Assembly (NCBI GenBank): GCA_947452755.1
Contig: CANGDT010000004.1
Location: 454 to 64,453, forward strand
DNA: 64,000 bases
Origin: Actinomycetota bacterium
Lineage (GTDB): Bacteria > Actinomycetota > Actinomycetes > S36-B12 > UBA5976
Reading direction: 5' to 3'
Shown: piece by piece, positions 1-10,663 of the stretch
Layout of the letters: the number at the start of each line of letters is the position of its first letter
Position numbering within the stretch: position 1 is the stretch's first letter
Made by a program: the position numbers and the translations under genes
Notes under the pieces: model-generated
Databases searched by the model: none
What the model was told of the DNA's origin: nothing
What the model saw: only the letters and a program-made list of their open reading frames with translations

Positions 1-1
1 A

Positions 2-505
2 ATGGCTTTGAGCGTGTCGGGTCAAGACGTGGACGGCACTTCGTGGACTTCTTGGGCACTCAATGAAGTCGCAATTGAAAAAACCAATCGCGAACGCATG
101 ACCACGTTGTTGGTAAGCATTGATGATCGACCGCTTTCTCAGTGGGCCTGTGATGGCGTGTTGTGCTCGACTCCGACCGGATCCACTGCGTATGCGTTCA
201 GTGCAGGCGGCCCTGTTGTATGGCCTGATGTTGACGCACTGCTTGTCGTACCGATAAGTGCACATGCGCTATTTGCTCGCCCACTTGTTGTGGCACCCAC
301 GTCGCATGTTGACATTGAAGTGACCGTTGGTCCAGTTGTCCTCAGCGCTGATGGTCGTCGCACCACTGAACTTGCTTCAGGCGGGACTGTTCATGTTGAA
401 CGACACGCTCAACCAGTCAAACTTGCCAGAGTGCACCAGACACCATTCACTGAGCGGCTGGTAGCCAAATTTGAGTTACCAGTGCATGGTTGGCGAAACC
501 CTTAG
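2..505 (+). CDS. nadK: NAD kinase, C-terminal part (5' end lies upstream of the window)
   Basis: ORF is open from the window edge. Translation carries the NAD kinase C-terminal motif DGVLCSTPTGSTAYAFSAGGP. Lies directly upstream of recN, as is usual in Actinobacteria. Confidence 0.85.
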   Translation: MALSVSGQDVDGTSWTSWALNEVAIEKTNRERMTTLLVSIDDRPLSQWACDGVLCSTPTGSTAYAFSAGGPVVWPDVDALLVVPISAHALFARPLVVAPTSHVDIEVTVGPVVLSADGRRTTELASGGTVHVERHAQPVKLARVHQTPFTERLVAKFELPVHGWRNP

Positions 506-520
506 GTCAATGTCGAACAG

Positions 521-2212
521 ATGATTGAACAACTTCGTATTCGCAATTTAGGCGTCATTCGCGACGCCGTTCTAGATTTTTCGCCAGGACTTACTGTCCT
601 CACGGGTGAAACTGGTACTGGCAAAACGATGGTTTTTCGAAGCCTGAACTTACTTTTTGGTGGGAAGGCCGATGCATCGTTGATATCAACGGGCGCCACA
701 CAGGCAATCGTTGAAGCTGACGTCGCAGTCAATGCTGAAGTCACAAAAATGTGCGATGACCTTGGGGCTGAAATCGATCAGGGATATCTGGTCATTTCCC
801 GCCAAGTGAATGAAACTGGCCGCAGTCGATCTTTTGCAGGTGGCGCGACCGTAACATCATCGGCAATCGGGGACATTGGTGAACAGTTGGTCGCGGTACA
901 TGGGCAATCAGACCAGCTGCGCCTCACAAAAGGCGAACAGCAGCGTTTGTTATTGGACCGATTTGCTGGCGCTCCAGTTCTGGATAAGTTGTCGACGTAT
1001 CGACTCCTATGGGAAAAGCGCCGCGAAATGGAATTGGCTCTGGCTCAGCTAAAAAAAGACGCGTCAAATAGAGAATTTGAACTCGACCGGCTCACTCGAA
1101 TCTTTGCGGCAGTTGACGAGGTTCGGCCCCAGCCTGACGAGGATGTGTTACTCGACGACGAAGCTAAGCGACTCAGCAACAGTGAGGCGTTGCGCATTGC
1201 CGGGCTGGAAGCGGATGAGCTTTTGTCGGGAAGTGACATTGGCGAAGAATCTGCGGTACAAAAACTTTCGCAAGCCCGAAAAGTTCTCGAACACGAAAGG
1301 CAACACGATAGTGATCTTGGCGAGTTAGCTGATCGAATCCGTGAACTAGAGGTACTCGTCGCGGATGTTGCATCGGATGTCAGCGCCTACGTTTCTAATA
1401 TCGACGCCAGCCCGGATCGCTTGCAATTTGTGGAGTCTCGTCGATCGTCGTTGCGTACTTTGGCTCGTGAATTTGGTGATGTCAATGGACTGTTGGCATG
1501 GGTGGCTGAGAATGAATCTCGTTTGGTGCAGCTTCAAGGTGGTGACGAGTACCTTGCTGAATTGACGGCGCACATTGACCAGGTGACGGCAGAACTCTGC
1601 GCGCACGCTGATGCATTGACAAAGGCCCGCACAAAGGCTGCAAATAGCTTCGCCAGCAAGGTGTCTGAGGAACTTGCCGGACTGGCCATGGCAGGTGCTC
1701 GCGTCGAGTTTCGGATTGAGCCGGCAGCACTAGGCGCATTCGGTCAAGATGCCATCACGCTTGGTTTGGTGAGCCGCTCGGATTCTCCGTGGGTGCCGCT
1801 GGCAAAGGGTGCCTCGGGTGGTGAGTTGAGCCGCATCATGCTGGCCGTCGAAGTCGTACTTGCGCAGGCCGACCCAACCGACACATTTGTTTTCGACGAA
1901 GTTGACGCAGGCGTCGGTGGGGCAGCAGCAGTTGAAGTAGGCAAGCGCCTTGCACAGCTGGCTCAAACCTCTCAAGTCATTGTGGTGACACATTTGCCAC
2001 AAGTTGCTGCCTTTGCAGATAGGCATTTAGTGGTGAGTAGATCGGCTGATGGGAGCGTGAGTAGCAGCGAAGTTTCGGCAGTCACTGGTGACGAGCGGGT
2101 AACGGAACTAGCCCGCATGCTCGCCGGCCTAGCCGATTCGCAAGCGGGTACTTCGCTAGCTCAAGAACTTCTAGATGTCGCAGAAAAGGCACGCCGCCAC
2201 GCGAAAGGGTAG
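521..2212 (+). CDS. recN: DNA repair protein RecN
   Basis: 563 aa. N-terminal Walker A GETGTGKT, long coiled-coil middle, C-terminal SGGE signature and [10 protein letters not shown] Walker B. Confidence 0.95.
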   Translation: MIEQLRIRNLGVIRDAVLDFSPGLTVLTGETGTGKTMVFRSLNLLFGGKADASLISTGATQAIVEADVAVNAEVTKMCDDLGAEIDQGYLVISRQVNETGRSRSFAGGATVTSSAIGDIGEQLVAVHGQSDQLRLTKGEQQRLLLDRFAGAPVLDKLSTYRLLWEKRREMELALAQLKKDASNREFELDRLTRIFAAVDEVRPQPDEDVLLDDEAKRLSNSEALRIAGLEADELLSGSDIGEESAVQKLSQARKVLEHERQHDSDLGELADRIRELEVLVADVASDVSAYVSNIDASPDRLQFVESRRSSLRTLAREFGDVNGLLAWVAENESRLVQLQGGDEYLAELTAHIDQVTAELCAHADALTKARTKAANSFASKVSEELAGLAMAGARVEFRIEPAALGAFGQDAITLGLVSRSDSPWVPLAKGASGGELSRIMLAVEVVLAQADPTDTFVFDEVDAGVGGAAAVEVGKRLAQLAQTSQVIVVTHLPQVAAFADRHLVVSRSADGSVSSSEVSAVTGDERVTELARMLAGLADSQAGTSLAQELLDVAEKARRHAKG

Positions 2213-2247
2213 GCGGTGCTGCGCGTGCGGTTCATCGTGCGATACGT

Positions 2248-3882
2248 TTGACTCCCGTGGGTATACGTAAACATGTTTTCGTCACGGGTGGCGTGGCTTC
2301 ATCTCTCGGCAAGGGCCTTACTGCCTCAAGTCTGGGAAATCTTTTAACAGCTCGTGGTCTTCGGGTCACCATGCAAAAGCTGGATCCGTATCTGAACGTA
2401 GATCCCGGCACAATGAATCCTTTTCAACACGGCGAAGTCTTTGTTACTGACGATGGTGCCGAAACTGACCTAGACGTTGGCCACTACGAACGCTTCCTCG
2501 ATCGCAACTTGCATGGTTCTGCAAATGTGACCACTGGCCAGGTCTACTCAACGGTTATTGCAAAAGAGCGTCGCGGTGAATACCTCGGAGATACAGTCCA
2601 GGTAATTCCGCACATCACCAATGAAATTAAGGCCCGCATCCTTGCCATGGATTCAGATGATGTTGATGTTGTCATCACTGAAGTTGGCGGAACAGTTGGC
2701 GACATTGAGTCGTTGCCGTTCCTTGAAGCAATTCGCCAAGTACGCCATGAAGTTGGACGCGACAATGTTTTCTATTTACATGTGTCGTTGCTGCCGTACA
2801 TCGGGCCTTCTGGTGAGTTGAAAACGAAGCCAACACAGCACTCCGTTGCTGCGCTGCGCAACATTGGTATTCAACCTGATGCAATTGTTCTCCGAGCAGA
2901 CCGTGAAGTACCCGACGGCATCAAACGCAAAATTTCATTGATGTGCGACGTCGACGAAGAGGCAGTCGTTGCCGCAGTTGATGCCCCCAGTATTTATGAC
3001 ATCCCTAAGGTGCTGCACAGCGAAGGGCTAGATGCCTATGTTGTGCGCCGATTGGATCTCCCTTTCCGCGATGTGGATTGGACTTCATGGGACAAGTTGC
3101 TTGAGCGTGTACACAATCCAAAGCACGAAGTCACAATTGCGTTAGTAGGAAAATACATCGATCTTCCTGATGCGTATCTCTCAGTGACTGAGGCCCTTCG
3201 GGCCGGTGGCTTTGCAAATAATGCGCGAGTCCATATTCGTTGGGTGCCTTCGGATGATTGTGAAACTACCGCTGGCGCGCAGAAGTCACTTGGCGATGTT
3301 GATGCAATCTGTGTCCCTGGTGGCTTTGGTGTGCGAGGCATTGAAGGAAAACTAGGCGCATTGACATACGCACGCGAAAACAAGATTCCAACATTGGGTT
3401 TGTGTCTTGGTTTACAGTGCATGGTCATTGAGTACGCACGAAATATGGCGGGTATTGCCAAGGCGAGCTCGGCTGAGTTTGATCCTGAAACACCAGATCC
3501 CGTTATTTCTACGATGGCTGACCAGACTGACGTAATTTCTGGTGAACGTGATCTTGGTGGCACCATGCGTCTTGGTTTGTATCCTGCTGCTCTGAAATCA
3601 GGAACCACAGCCGAACGCGTTTATGGAAGTCAATTAATTGAAGAACGTCATCGCCATCGGTATGAAGTGAATAACGATTACCGTGAGACTTTGGAAGCCG
3701 CCGGTCTCGTATTTTCTGGTACATCCCCGGATGGACACCTTGTTGAATTTGTGGAGTTGCCCGTTTCTGAGCATCCCTATTACATTTCCACCCAGGCGCA
3801 CCCAGAGCTGCGTTCTCGCCCGACGCGTGCGCACCCATTGTTCGCGGGGCTAGTCGAAGCGGCAATCGCCCGACAGTCATGA
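2248..3882 (+). CDS. pyrG: CTP synthase
   Basis: TTG start, 544 aa. N-terminal [12 protein letters not shown] synthase domain and a C-terminal glutamine amidotransferase domain ([15 protein letters not shown]). Confidence 0.97.
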   Translation: MTPVGIRKHVFVTGGVASSLGKGLTASSLGNLLTARGLRVTMQKLDPYLNVDPGTMNPFQHGEVFVTDDGAETDLDVGHYERFLDRNLHGSANVTTGQVYSTVIAKERRGEYLGDTVQVIPHITNEIKARILAMDSDDVDVVITEVGGTVGDIESLPFLEAIRQVRHEVGRDNVFYLHVSLLPYIGPSGELKTKPTQHSVAALRNIGIQPDAIVLRADREVPDGIKRKISLMCDVDEEAVVAAVDAPSIYDIPKVLHSEGLDAYVVRRLDLPFRDVDWTSWDKLLERVHNPKHEVTIALVGKYIDLPDAYLSVTEALRAGGFANNARVHIRWVPSDDCETTAGAQKSLGDVDAICVPGGFGVRGIEGKLGALTYARENKIPTLGLCLGLQCMVIEYARNMAGIAKASSAEFDPETPDPVISTMADQTDVISGERDLGGTMRLGLYPAALKSGTTAERVYGSQLIEERHRHRYEVNNDYRETLEAAGLVFSGTSPDGHLVEFVELPVSEHPYYISTQAHPELRSRPTRAHPLFAGLVEAAIARQS

Positions 3883-4520
3883 TTTCCGACTCAGTACGAC
3901 CAGCCACAATTCGTGAACGCGAAAATATTTTTGCTGGACGTATCTGGGATGTTCGTCGCGACAATCTCACCTTGGAATCTGGGGCAGAGGTCACGCGCGA
4001 TTACGTCGTACATCCAGGTGCAGTTGGAATCATTGCAGTAAATACGCAGGGCGAGATGCTCCTTGTAGAGCAGTACCGCCATCCCATGGGCAAACTTATG
4101 TGGGAGCCGCCCGCAGGTTTACTGGATGAACCTGATGAGAATCCGCTTACTGCAGCTCAGCGAGAACTTTTGGAAGAAACTGGGTTCGTTGCCGAGCAAT
4201 GGAACGTGCTGTTCGATATGGCAACTTCGCCTGGCGGATCTACTGAAGTCATTCGGTGTTATTTGGCTCAGCAAGTGTCCGAGCATGCCGAAGGCCGCCC
4301 GACTCGAGAAGATGAAGAGGCCGACATGCAAGTGCGATGGGTGCCAATTACAGAAATTCTTGAAGCACTTCACCTTGGACTGGTCACAAGTCCAATTCTG
4401 TTGACTGGAACGTTGTCAGCTTTGCTTGCTATGGCGGACCCAGAGGTTTTCCTGCGGGAAGCGCACGCCATGTGGCCCAGCCGTGTTGATTTAGTCGAAA
4501 ACGACAGAATTCGTAGGTAA
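3879..4520 (+). CDS. NUDIX hydrolase (ADP-ribose pyrophosphatase-like)
   Basis: 213 aa. Nudix box [28 protein letters not shown] start/stop overlap with pyrG. Confidence 0.85.
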   Translation: MISDSVRPATIRERENIFAGRIWDVRRDNLTLESGAEVTRDYVVHPGAVGIIAVNTQGEMLLVEQYRHPMGKLMWEPPAGLLDEPDENPLTAAQRELLEETGFVAEQWNVLFDMATSPGGSTEVIRCYLAQQVSEHAEGRPTREDEEADMQVRWVPITEILEALHLGLVTSPILLTGTLSALLAMADPEVFLREAHAMWPSRVDLVENDRIRR

Positions 4521-4585
4521 CAACGCCGAAATTCGTTGTGCAATGGCTCTATTTATCGAAATTTCTCCAAATTACTAGAAATAAA

Positions 4586-4619
4586 TGCGGATTCCGCAAG
4601 TTAACCTGCGAAATCCATA
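4586..4619. promoter_or_regulatory. Candidate operator: 13-bp perfect palindrome TGCGGA-T-TCCGCA (4586-4598) plus related site TGCGAAATCCATA (4607-4619), 21 bp apart, upstream of ald
   Basis: Read directly from the sequence. The 11-mer CTGCGAAATCC recurs upstream of livK (14276-14286). No binding protein is identified. Confidence 0.25.
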
Positions 4620-4701
4620 CCTCGAGTTCGGAATATTCGGACACAAGCAATACTCTGAGAAGCGGTTGGGCAATGAGGCCCCCACTGTGAAAGGTGCATT
4701 C

Positions 4702-5817
4702 ATGAAGGTCGGCATTCCACGCGAAATCAAGAACCATGAATATCGCGTAGCAATTACTCCAGCAGGCGTAATGGAACTAGTTCGCAACGGTCACGAAGTT
4801 TTCGTTGAGCATGATGCAGGTGTTGGTTCATCAATTACCAACGAGGAATACGTCAAAGCTGGTGCAACAATTCTTGCGACCGCTGATGATGTGTGGGCAA
4901 CTGGCGACATGATCATGAAGGTCAAGGAGCCGATTGCTGCTGAATACGATCGCATGCGCAATGGCCAGCTCCTCTTCACATACCTACATCTTGCTGCTGG
5001 CAAGGAATGCACAGATGCGCTTTTGAAGCAGGGTGTCACTGGTGTGGCTTACGAAACAGTTGAACTTCCGGATCGCTCGTTGCCGCTTCTTGCGCCAATG
5101 TCCGAAGTTGCCGGACGCCTTGCTCCACAGGTTGGCGCCTATTCATTAATGCGCGCAAATGGTGGTCGCGGAGTTCTTCTTGGCGGCGTACCTGGCGTTG
5201 CACCTGCAAAGGTCGTAGTACTTGGTGGAGGTGTTTCGGGACTTCACGCAGCTCAAATTGCGGTGGGTATGGGTGCCGATGTCACGCTTCTTGATTTGAA
5301 CATTCCACGTTTGCGCCAGATCGACATGATCTACCAAGGTCGTATCAAGACTGTCGCATCGAATGCATACGCAATTGAAGAGGCGTGCCTTGAGGCTGAC
5401 CTTGTGATTGGTGCGGTGTTGGTGCCAGGTGCCAAGGCACCAAAGCTTGTCAGCAATGAACTTGTTTCGCGCATGAAGCCAGGCTCAGTTTTAGTTGACA
5501 TTGCAATCGACCAGGGCGGCTGCTTTGAAGATTCACATGCAACAACGCATGCTGATCCAACATATGCAGTGCACAATTCAGTTTTCTATTGTGTGGCTAA
5601 CATGCCAGGCTCGGTGCCAAATACTTCGACGAAGGCGCTGACCAATGTGACGTTGCCTTACGCAGTTGCTTTGGCGAACAAGGGTTGGAAGCAGGCGCTC
5701 AAGGATGACAAGGCTCTTGGTCTTGGTCTTAATACGCACGCCGGCAAGGTTACTTATGCAGCAGTTGCTGAAGCATTCGGCTACCCACTGCTTACTCTTG
5801 AGGACGCTTTGGCTTAA
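4702..5817 (+). CDS. ald: Alanine dehydrogenase
   Basis: The ORF-track model (4585) is trimmed to the ATG at 4702, giving the family N-terminus MKVGIPREIKNHEYRVAITP. 371 aa. Rossmann motif VVVLGGGVSGLHAA. GAAAGG-type RBS lies upstream. Confidence 0.95.
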   Translation: MKVGIPREIKNHEYRVAITPAGVMELVRNGHEVFVEHDAGVGSSITNEEYVKAGATILATADDVWATGDMIMKVKEPIAAEYDRMRNGQLLFTYLHLAAGKECTDALLKQGVTGVAYETVELPDRSLPLLAPMSEVAGRLAPQVGAYSLMRANGGRGVLLGGVPGVAPAKVVVLGGGVSGLHAAQIAVGMGADVTLLDLNIPRLRQIDMIYQGRIKTVASNAYAIEEACLEADLVIGAVLVPGAKAPKLVSNELVSRMKPGSVLVDIAIDQGGCFEDSHATTHADPTYAVHNSVFYCVANMPGSVPNTSTKALTNVTLPYAVALANKGWKQALKDDKALGLGLNTHAGKVTYAAVAEAFGYPLLTLEDALA

Positions 5818-5840
5818 CCATCCGTCAGGATTCGTGATAT

Positions 5841-5868
5841 TAACGTGGCGCCTTCGGGCGTCACGTTA
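5841..5868 (+). terminator. Stem-loop after ald (12-bp stem including one G-U pair, TTCG tetraloop), no long T tract
   Basis: taacgtggcgcc-ttcg-ggcgtcacgtta read directly. The last stem base is the A of the ATG that the ORF track uses for xerD. Confidence 0.45.
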
Positions 5869-5900
5869 TGTCATATAGCCTGTTGCATGTGAGTGTGCCA

Positions 5901-6839
5901 ATGATCGCCCGACAAGTTGAGTCCTACCTCGACCACTTGCTCGTTGAACGTGGGCTTGCGGCTAACTCGATGGCGGCTTATCGGCGGGATTTGAATCGGT
6001 ACCTCGAGTTTTCGATTGCTGCAGATGTGCTTGATGCAAAGGCGGTGACGACACAACATATTTCGGATTTCTTAGTTGCTATCCGACTTGGTTCAAAGGA
6101 GCGTGTTGCGCTCAGTCCCACGTCTGCGGCTCGCACCGTCATTGCAGTGCGTGGGTTCCATGCATTTATGGCACGGGAAGGTATAACAACAGTTGACCCA
6201 TCCAGGTCGGTCAAGCCGCCAGCAGCAAGCAAGCGCCTGCCCAAGGCATTGCCATTTTCAGATATTGAAAAATTACTTCACGCGGTAGGTGAGGGCTCGG
6301 AAACCGACCTTTCAGTGTTGATGATGCGAGATAAGGCACTCTTGGAATTGCTCTATGGAACTGGTGCGCGCATTTCGGAACTCATAGACCTCACGGTGGA
6401 TGATGTATCCACGCTGTCCGTCGACTTGCCTATCCTGCGATTGCGTGGCAAAGGTGACAAAGAGCGCCTAGTGCCCGTTGGAAAGCATGCCTTGAAGGCC
6501 CTCGAGGTCTACCTAGTCAGGGCTCGGCCGGTTTTAGCCGTTAGCGGGAAAGGCACACCTGCTGTATTTCTCAATGCCCGAGGGGGAAAGCTGTCCCGGC
6601 AAAGCGCCTGGGCCATTTTGCAGGAAGCGGCAGATAGGGCTGGGTTAGAAGGCAAAGTCTCGCCGCACACCATGCGCCACTCGTTTGCTACGCATCTACT
6701 GGAAAATGGGGCCGATGTGCGCGTCGTTCAAGAACTTTTAGGTCATGCGTCGGTCACAACGACCCAGATTTACACCATGGTTACAGTCGATCAGCTGCGC
6801 GAGGTTTATGCCACCGCGCACCCTCGTGCCCGTGCCTAG
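5901..6839 (+). CDS. xerD: Site-specific tyrosine recombinase XerD
   Basis: Start is placed at the ATG at 5901 (MIARQVESYLDHLLVERGLAANS), because the upstream ATG at 5868 sits inside the ald terminator stem. The C-terminal catalytic region has HTMRHSFATHLL and LLGHASVTTTQIYT. The start is uncertain by up to 33 nt. Confidence 0.9.
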   Translation: MIARQVESYLDHLLVERGLAANSMAAYRRDLNRYLEFSIAADVLDAKAVTTQHISDFLVAIRLGSKERVALSPTSAARTVIAVRGFHAFMAREGITTVDPSRSVKPPAASKRLPKALPFSDIEKLLHAVGEGSETDLSVLMMRDKALLELLYGTGARISELIDLTVDDVSTLSVDLPILRLRGKGDKERLVPVGKHALKALEVYLVRARPVLAVSGKGTPAVFLNARGGKLSRQSAWAILQEAADRAGLEGKVSPHTMRHSFATHLLENGADVRVVQELLGHASVTTTQIYTMVTVDQLREVYATAHPRARA

Positions 6840-6976
6840 AAACGGTAAGTTTTTTTCGGGTATCCCCGTGAAGAGTTGCCGTAGGACTTATTCTAAAATC
6901 GTTGTAACTTCCCCGCGACTATTAAGGCATTCGCTACGTGGTGGATGTATCGATCGTGCTGGGAAGGACCTCTAAC

Positions 6977-7951
6977 ATGACAGTTCCAATTCCTCAGGAA
7001 CATGGCGCAGTAAAGCCTGCACCGCCAGTTGGCGCAGATGCTGCGATTGCCGACGCCACGATCACCCCCATTGTTGGTGCCGACGTAGTTCTCGGCCTCA
7101 CTGGTCGACCACTTCCAGAGTTTCCAAAACCTGGTCCAGTTAAGGCGCACGGCCCGGCATACATCATTTCAATGACCAACCAAAAGGGTGGTGTTGGAAA
7201 AACAACAACGACCATCAACTTAGGTGCTGCGCTTGCTGAAGCTGGCCGCAAAGTACTCATGGTTGATATGGACCCACAAGGTTCGTTGTCACTTGGACTT
7301 GGTGTTGCACCCGACAAACTTGAAGGTCGCAAAACTGTATACGACATGTTGATGGATTCATCTGCTGTCCCTGCAACTGATGTTGTAATGCACACATCTG
7401 TTGGAGGTTTGGATTTGCTTCCTGCAAACATCCACCTATCCGCAGCTGAATTGCGTTTGGCTGGAGAAGTTGCTCGCGAATACGCACTTGATCGCGCATT
7501 GGCAACTGTGAAGCCACATTACGATTACATTTTGATTGACTGCCAGCCGTCACTCGGTCTTCTTACTGTGAACGCATTGACGTCATCTGATGGTGTGCTA
7601 ATTCCGATGGAGTGTGAATTCTTTGCACTCCGTGGCGTTGAAATGTTGCGGGAAACAATTTCCAAGGTTCAGGAGCGTCTCAACAATCGCTTAACGATTG
7701 ATGGCGTTCTTCCGACAATGGTTGATGCTCGTACTTTGCACACACGCGAAACCATACAGGCTGTGCTAGACGCATTTGGAGATTCCGTTTTCCATACGAC
7801 CATCAGTCGCACAGTGAAGTTCCCGGAAACAACTAAAACTGGTATTTCAATTATTGAACAAGCCCCAACCTCAACTGGCGCAGTGGCTTATCGCAATTTG
7901 GCCTGGGAGCTTGTTGAACGTCTCGAGAAGAATGGCTCGGTCGCGCACTAA
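6977..7951 (+). CDS. parA: ParA/Soj-family ATPase
   Basis: ATG at 6977 is preceded by GGAAGGA. Deviant Walker A NQKGGVGKTTTTINLG. Lies upstream of scpA/scpB, as in other Actinobacteria. Has a Pro/Ala-rich N-terminal extension of about 70 aa. Confidence 0.9.
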   Translation: MTVPIPQEHGAVKPAPPVGADAAIADATITPIVGADVVLGLTGRPLPEFPKPGPVKAHGPAYIISMTNQKGGVGKTTTTINLGAALAEAGRKVLMVDMDPQGSLSLGLGVAPDKLEGRKTVYDMLMDSSAVPATDVVMHTSVGGLDLLPANIHLSAAELRLAGEVAREYALDRALATVKPHYDYILIDCQPSLGLLTVNALTSSDGVLIPMECEFFALRGVEMLRETISKVQERLNNRLTIDGVLPTMVDARTLHTRETIQAVLDAFGDSVFHTTISRTVKFPETTKTGISIIEQAPTSTGAVAYRNLAWELVERLEKNGSVAH

Positions 7952-8895
7952 TGTCCCTTACGGCGCCTGCCGAGCAAGTCAATACAGCGGCTGCGTCGGA
8001 GGACTCTCTTGAAGCGTTCATCGTTCAACTCGATGAATACTCCGGTCCATTTGATGTACTGCTGTCACTTATCGCAAAGCATCGCCTCGATGTCACTGCG
8101 CTGTCCCTGCATCAAGTAACTGACGATTTTATTGAATACATCAAAACCCGTGGTGATGACTGGACACTTGATGAAGCCACAGAGTTTTTGGTTATTGCCG
8201 CGACACTTCTAGACCTGAAGGCGGCTCGTCTTCTGCCAGGTGGGGAAGTAGAAGACGAAGAAGATATCGCCATTCTGGAAGCGCGCGACCTTTTGGTCAT
8301 GCGCTTGCTCCAATACCGAGCATTCAAATTAATGTCAGCAGATTTTCGTGCCCGACTGGAGACCGCCGGACGGATGCATCCGCGTGCCGTCGGCCTCGAC
8401 GCACGATTCCAAAAACTTTTGCCCGAAGTTGTTCTAGGTCTCGAACCGGATGACTTTGCGAACCTTGCGGCACGCGCACTTGAACCGAAGCTTCCAGAAG
8501 TTATTTCCGTGGCGCACATTCACGCCGCTCGAGTATCTGTCCGCGAGCAAGCGGCAATCATGGTGGACCGACTGCGCCGCCAGGGTCACTCGACATTTAG
8601 CGCATTGACTCGTGATTGTGATACGACGCTTCTTGTCGTGGCGAGATTTTTGGCGTTGCTGGAGATTTATCGTGACGGGGTCGTGCTCTTTGAGCAGCCC
8701 GTTCCACTCGGCGAATTGTTTATCCGTTGGGTCGGCGATGAAAATACCGACTGGTCGGGCGACGTGGAAGAGTTTGATGGATCAGAGTTTGATGAGATTG
8801 TCTTTGAGCCTGTGGAAGATAAACCACTTGATGTTGCAGAAGTAATTGATCGTGCGGTGGCACACAGTGCAACGCTAGATAAGGATGATGAGTAA
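7951..8895 (+). CDS. scpA: Segregation and condensation protein A
   Basis: 314 aa. N-terminal F.V.LD.Y.GPFDVLL.LI.KH..DV motif. TAATG overlap with parA. Acidic C-terminal tail. Confidence 0.9.
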   Translation: MSLTAPAEQVNTAAASEDSLEAFIVQLDEYSGPFDVLLSLIAKHRLDVTALSLHQVTDDFIEYIKTRGDDWTLDEATEFLVIAATLLDLKAARLLPGGEVEDEEDIAILEARDLLVMRLLQYRAFKLMSADFRARLETAGRMHPRAVGLDARFQKLLPEVVLGLEPDDFANLAARALEPKLPEVISVAHIHAARVSVREQAAIMVDRLRRQGHSTFSALTRDCDTTLLVVARFLALLEIYRDGVVLFEQPVPLGELFIRWVGDENTDWSGDVEEFDGSEFDEIVFEPVEDKPLDVAEVIDRAVAHSATLDKDDE

Positions 8896-9551
8896 TGAGT
8901 GACGAAACTCCAGAAGTAGAAATTGTGGATGAAGAGCTAGACATCATCGAAGGTGAATCTGCCACAGACGAGGATTCAACTGAGGATCAAGGTGTTGGTG
9001 CGCCGACACTTCGCGCTGCCCTTGAGGCATTGCTGCTCGTAGCGGAAGAGCCAATGGCATCATCAACACTTGCGACATTGACGCGTACGCCGCTAGATGA
9101 AGTCACAACTACCTTGCACGATCTGGCGCAAGAGTATGCAATTCAAGGTCGCGGATTTGACCTGCGCGAGCTCGGCGGCGGCTGGCGGTTCTGGACTCGC
9201 GATAACTGCGCGCCAGTCGTTGAACGCTTCGTACTCGATGGACAGCACGGTAAATTGTCACAGCCAGCTCTGGAAACTCTTGCAGTTGTGGCGTATCGCC
9301 AGCCCGTGACACGTGCACGAATTTCAGCCATTCGTGGCGTAAACGTTGATGGCGTCGTCCGCACACTTGTTACCCGTGGATTGATTGAAGAAGTGGGTCA
9401 CGATGGTGAAACTGGTGCGCATCTCTATCGAACGACCACGTACTTTTTGGAACGGCTTGGTTTGAAGTCACTCGAGGAATTGCCGCCGATTGCCGAACAC
9501 CTTCCGATGCCTGACAATGTCGAAGAAGTTCTCGAAGCGGCAGCTAACTAA
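8895..9551 (+). CDS. scpB: Segregation and condensation protein B
   Basis: 218 aa. ALEALLLVAEEPM and ETLAVVAYRQPVTRARISAIRGVN motifs. TAATG overlap with scpA. Confidence 0.9.
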   Translation: MSDETPEVEIVDEELDIIEGESATDEDSTEDQGVGAPTLRAALEALLLVAEEPMASSTLATLTRTPLDEVTTTLHDLAQEYAIQGRGFDLRELGGGWRFWTRDNCAPVVERFVLDGQHGKLSQPALETLAVVAYRQPVTRARISAIRGVNVDGVVRTLVTRGLIEEVGHDGETGAHLYRTTTYFLERLGLKSLEELPPIAEHLPMPDNVEEVLEAAAN

Positions 9552-9553
9552 TC

Positions 9554-10285
9554 GTGGAATCCGAAGGCGTCCGATTGCAAAAGGTCTTGGCGGCTGCTGG
9601 GCTCGGATCACGACGCAAATGTGAAGAGTTCATCACGGCAGGTCGAGTAACTGTCAATGGCATTGTCATGGACGAACTTGGTGCACGCGTTGATCCAGAT
9701 GCTGATGTCATCCATGTTGATGGTGTGCGCATCGCCCAAGCCAGCGGCCACATCGTCATTGCACTCAATAAGCCACGTGGCGTCGTCACAACAATGGCTG
9801 ATGAACATGGGCGCGAATGCGTTGGGGACTACGTCAAAGATTTTGATGAACGCCTTTTTCATGTGGGTCGCCTCGATGCTGACACCGAAGGTTTGCTACT
9901 CCTCACCAATGATGGTGAATTAGGTCAGCGTCTCGGTCACCCGTCGCATGGCATTGTGAAAACTTACATCGCAAGACTCGAAGGCCGTGTGGTGAAAGAC
10001 ACAATCCAAGCCATCATCTCTGGTGTCCCTATTGATGGAACCGAAGTTGCTGTCGTGGGATGCCGACTTGTCGAAACGGGCAACAAGACCTCAGTGGTAG
10101 AAATTTCTATCCACGAGGGGCGCAATCGAATTCTGCGTCGCCTTTTTGAAGAAGTGGGGCACCCGGTGATTGACCTAGTGCGCACCACGATTGGGCCAAT
10201 ATCTTTGGGAAATTTGAAATCAGGTGCGGTTCGCCAACTCGTTAATAAGGAACTTGGGAATCTCTACAACTCCGTGGGGCTTTAG
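9554..10285 (+). CDS. rluB: 23S rRNA pseudouridine synthase, RsuA/RluB family
   Basis: GTG start, 243 aa. S4 domain (RLQKVLAAAGLGSRRKCEE) and catalytic motif GRLDADTEGLLLLTNDG. Confidence 0.9.
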   Translation: MESEGVRLQKVLAAAGLGSRRKCEEFITAGRVTVNGIVMDELGARVDPDADVIHVDGVRIAQASGHIVIALNKPRGVVTTMADEHGRECVGDYVKDFDERLFHVGRLDADTEGLLLLTNDGELGQRLGHPSHGIVKTYIARLEGRVVKDTIQAIISGVPIDGTEVAVVGCRLVETGNKTSVVEISIHEGRNRILRRLFEEVGHPVIDLVRTTIGPISLGNLKSGAVRQLVNKELGNLYNSVGL

Positions 10286-10294
10286 ACTCGTACT

Positions 10295-10657
10295 GTGAAG
10301 GTCCGGGCCATAAGAGGCGCAACATGTTTGCAAGCTGATGACGCATCTGAAATGGCAGATGCCGTCGTTGAGTTGCTCAGCAACATGCTTGAGCGAAATA
10401 GTCTCACCACCGATGACCTAATCAGTGTTCTCTTTACGTCGACCCCTGATTTGCACAGTGCATTCCCAGCTGGTGCTGCGCGCAGTGTCGGACTTGGCGA
10501 TGTTCCACTAATCTGCGCTCAGGAAATCGACGTGACAGGCGCGTTGCCACGTGTGATTCGAGTGATGGTCCATGCCCACACTGACATTGAGCGAGCAGAT
10601 ATTCGCCACGTTTACTTACGTGGAGCAGAAGTACTTCGCCAAGACATTGCGCAGTAG
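10295..10657 (+). CDS. aroH: Chorismate mutase, AroH class
   Basis: GTG start, 120 aa. VRAIRGAT N-terminus and overall AroH-type pattern. Adjacent to prephenate dehydrogenase. Confidence 0.85.
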   Translation: MKVRAIRGATCLQADDASEMADAVVELLSNMLERNSLTTDDLISVLFTSTPDLHSAFPAGAARSVGLGDVPLICAQEIDVTGALPRVIRVMVHAHTDIERADIRHVYLRGAEVLRQDIAQ

Positions 10658-10663
10658 GTTTCG

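Noticed and set aside
513-528. LexA/SOS box overlapping the recN start (TCGAAC-agat-GATTGA)
   Set aside because: The left arm matches the mycobacterial TCGAAC-N4-GTTCGA consensus perfectly, but the right arm matches only 4/6. I cannot score it against a real matrix, so it is too weak to call.
4585-4701. N-terminal extensions in the ORF-track models of ald, uvrB (26585), opcA (43205), zwf (44680), tal (45870), sufB (50491), sufD (51836), ABC-F (56099), livK (14332), parA (6938) and dodecin (60956)
   Set aside because: The extensions overlap the upstream gene or spacer and add non-conserved sequence. Internal starts give canonical N-termini with an RBS or a stop/start overlap.
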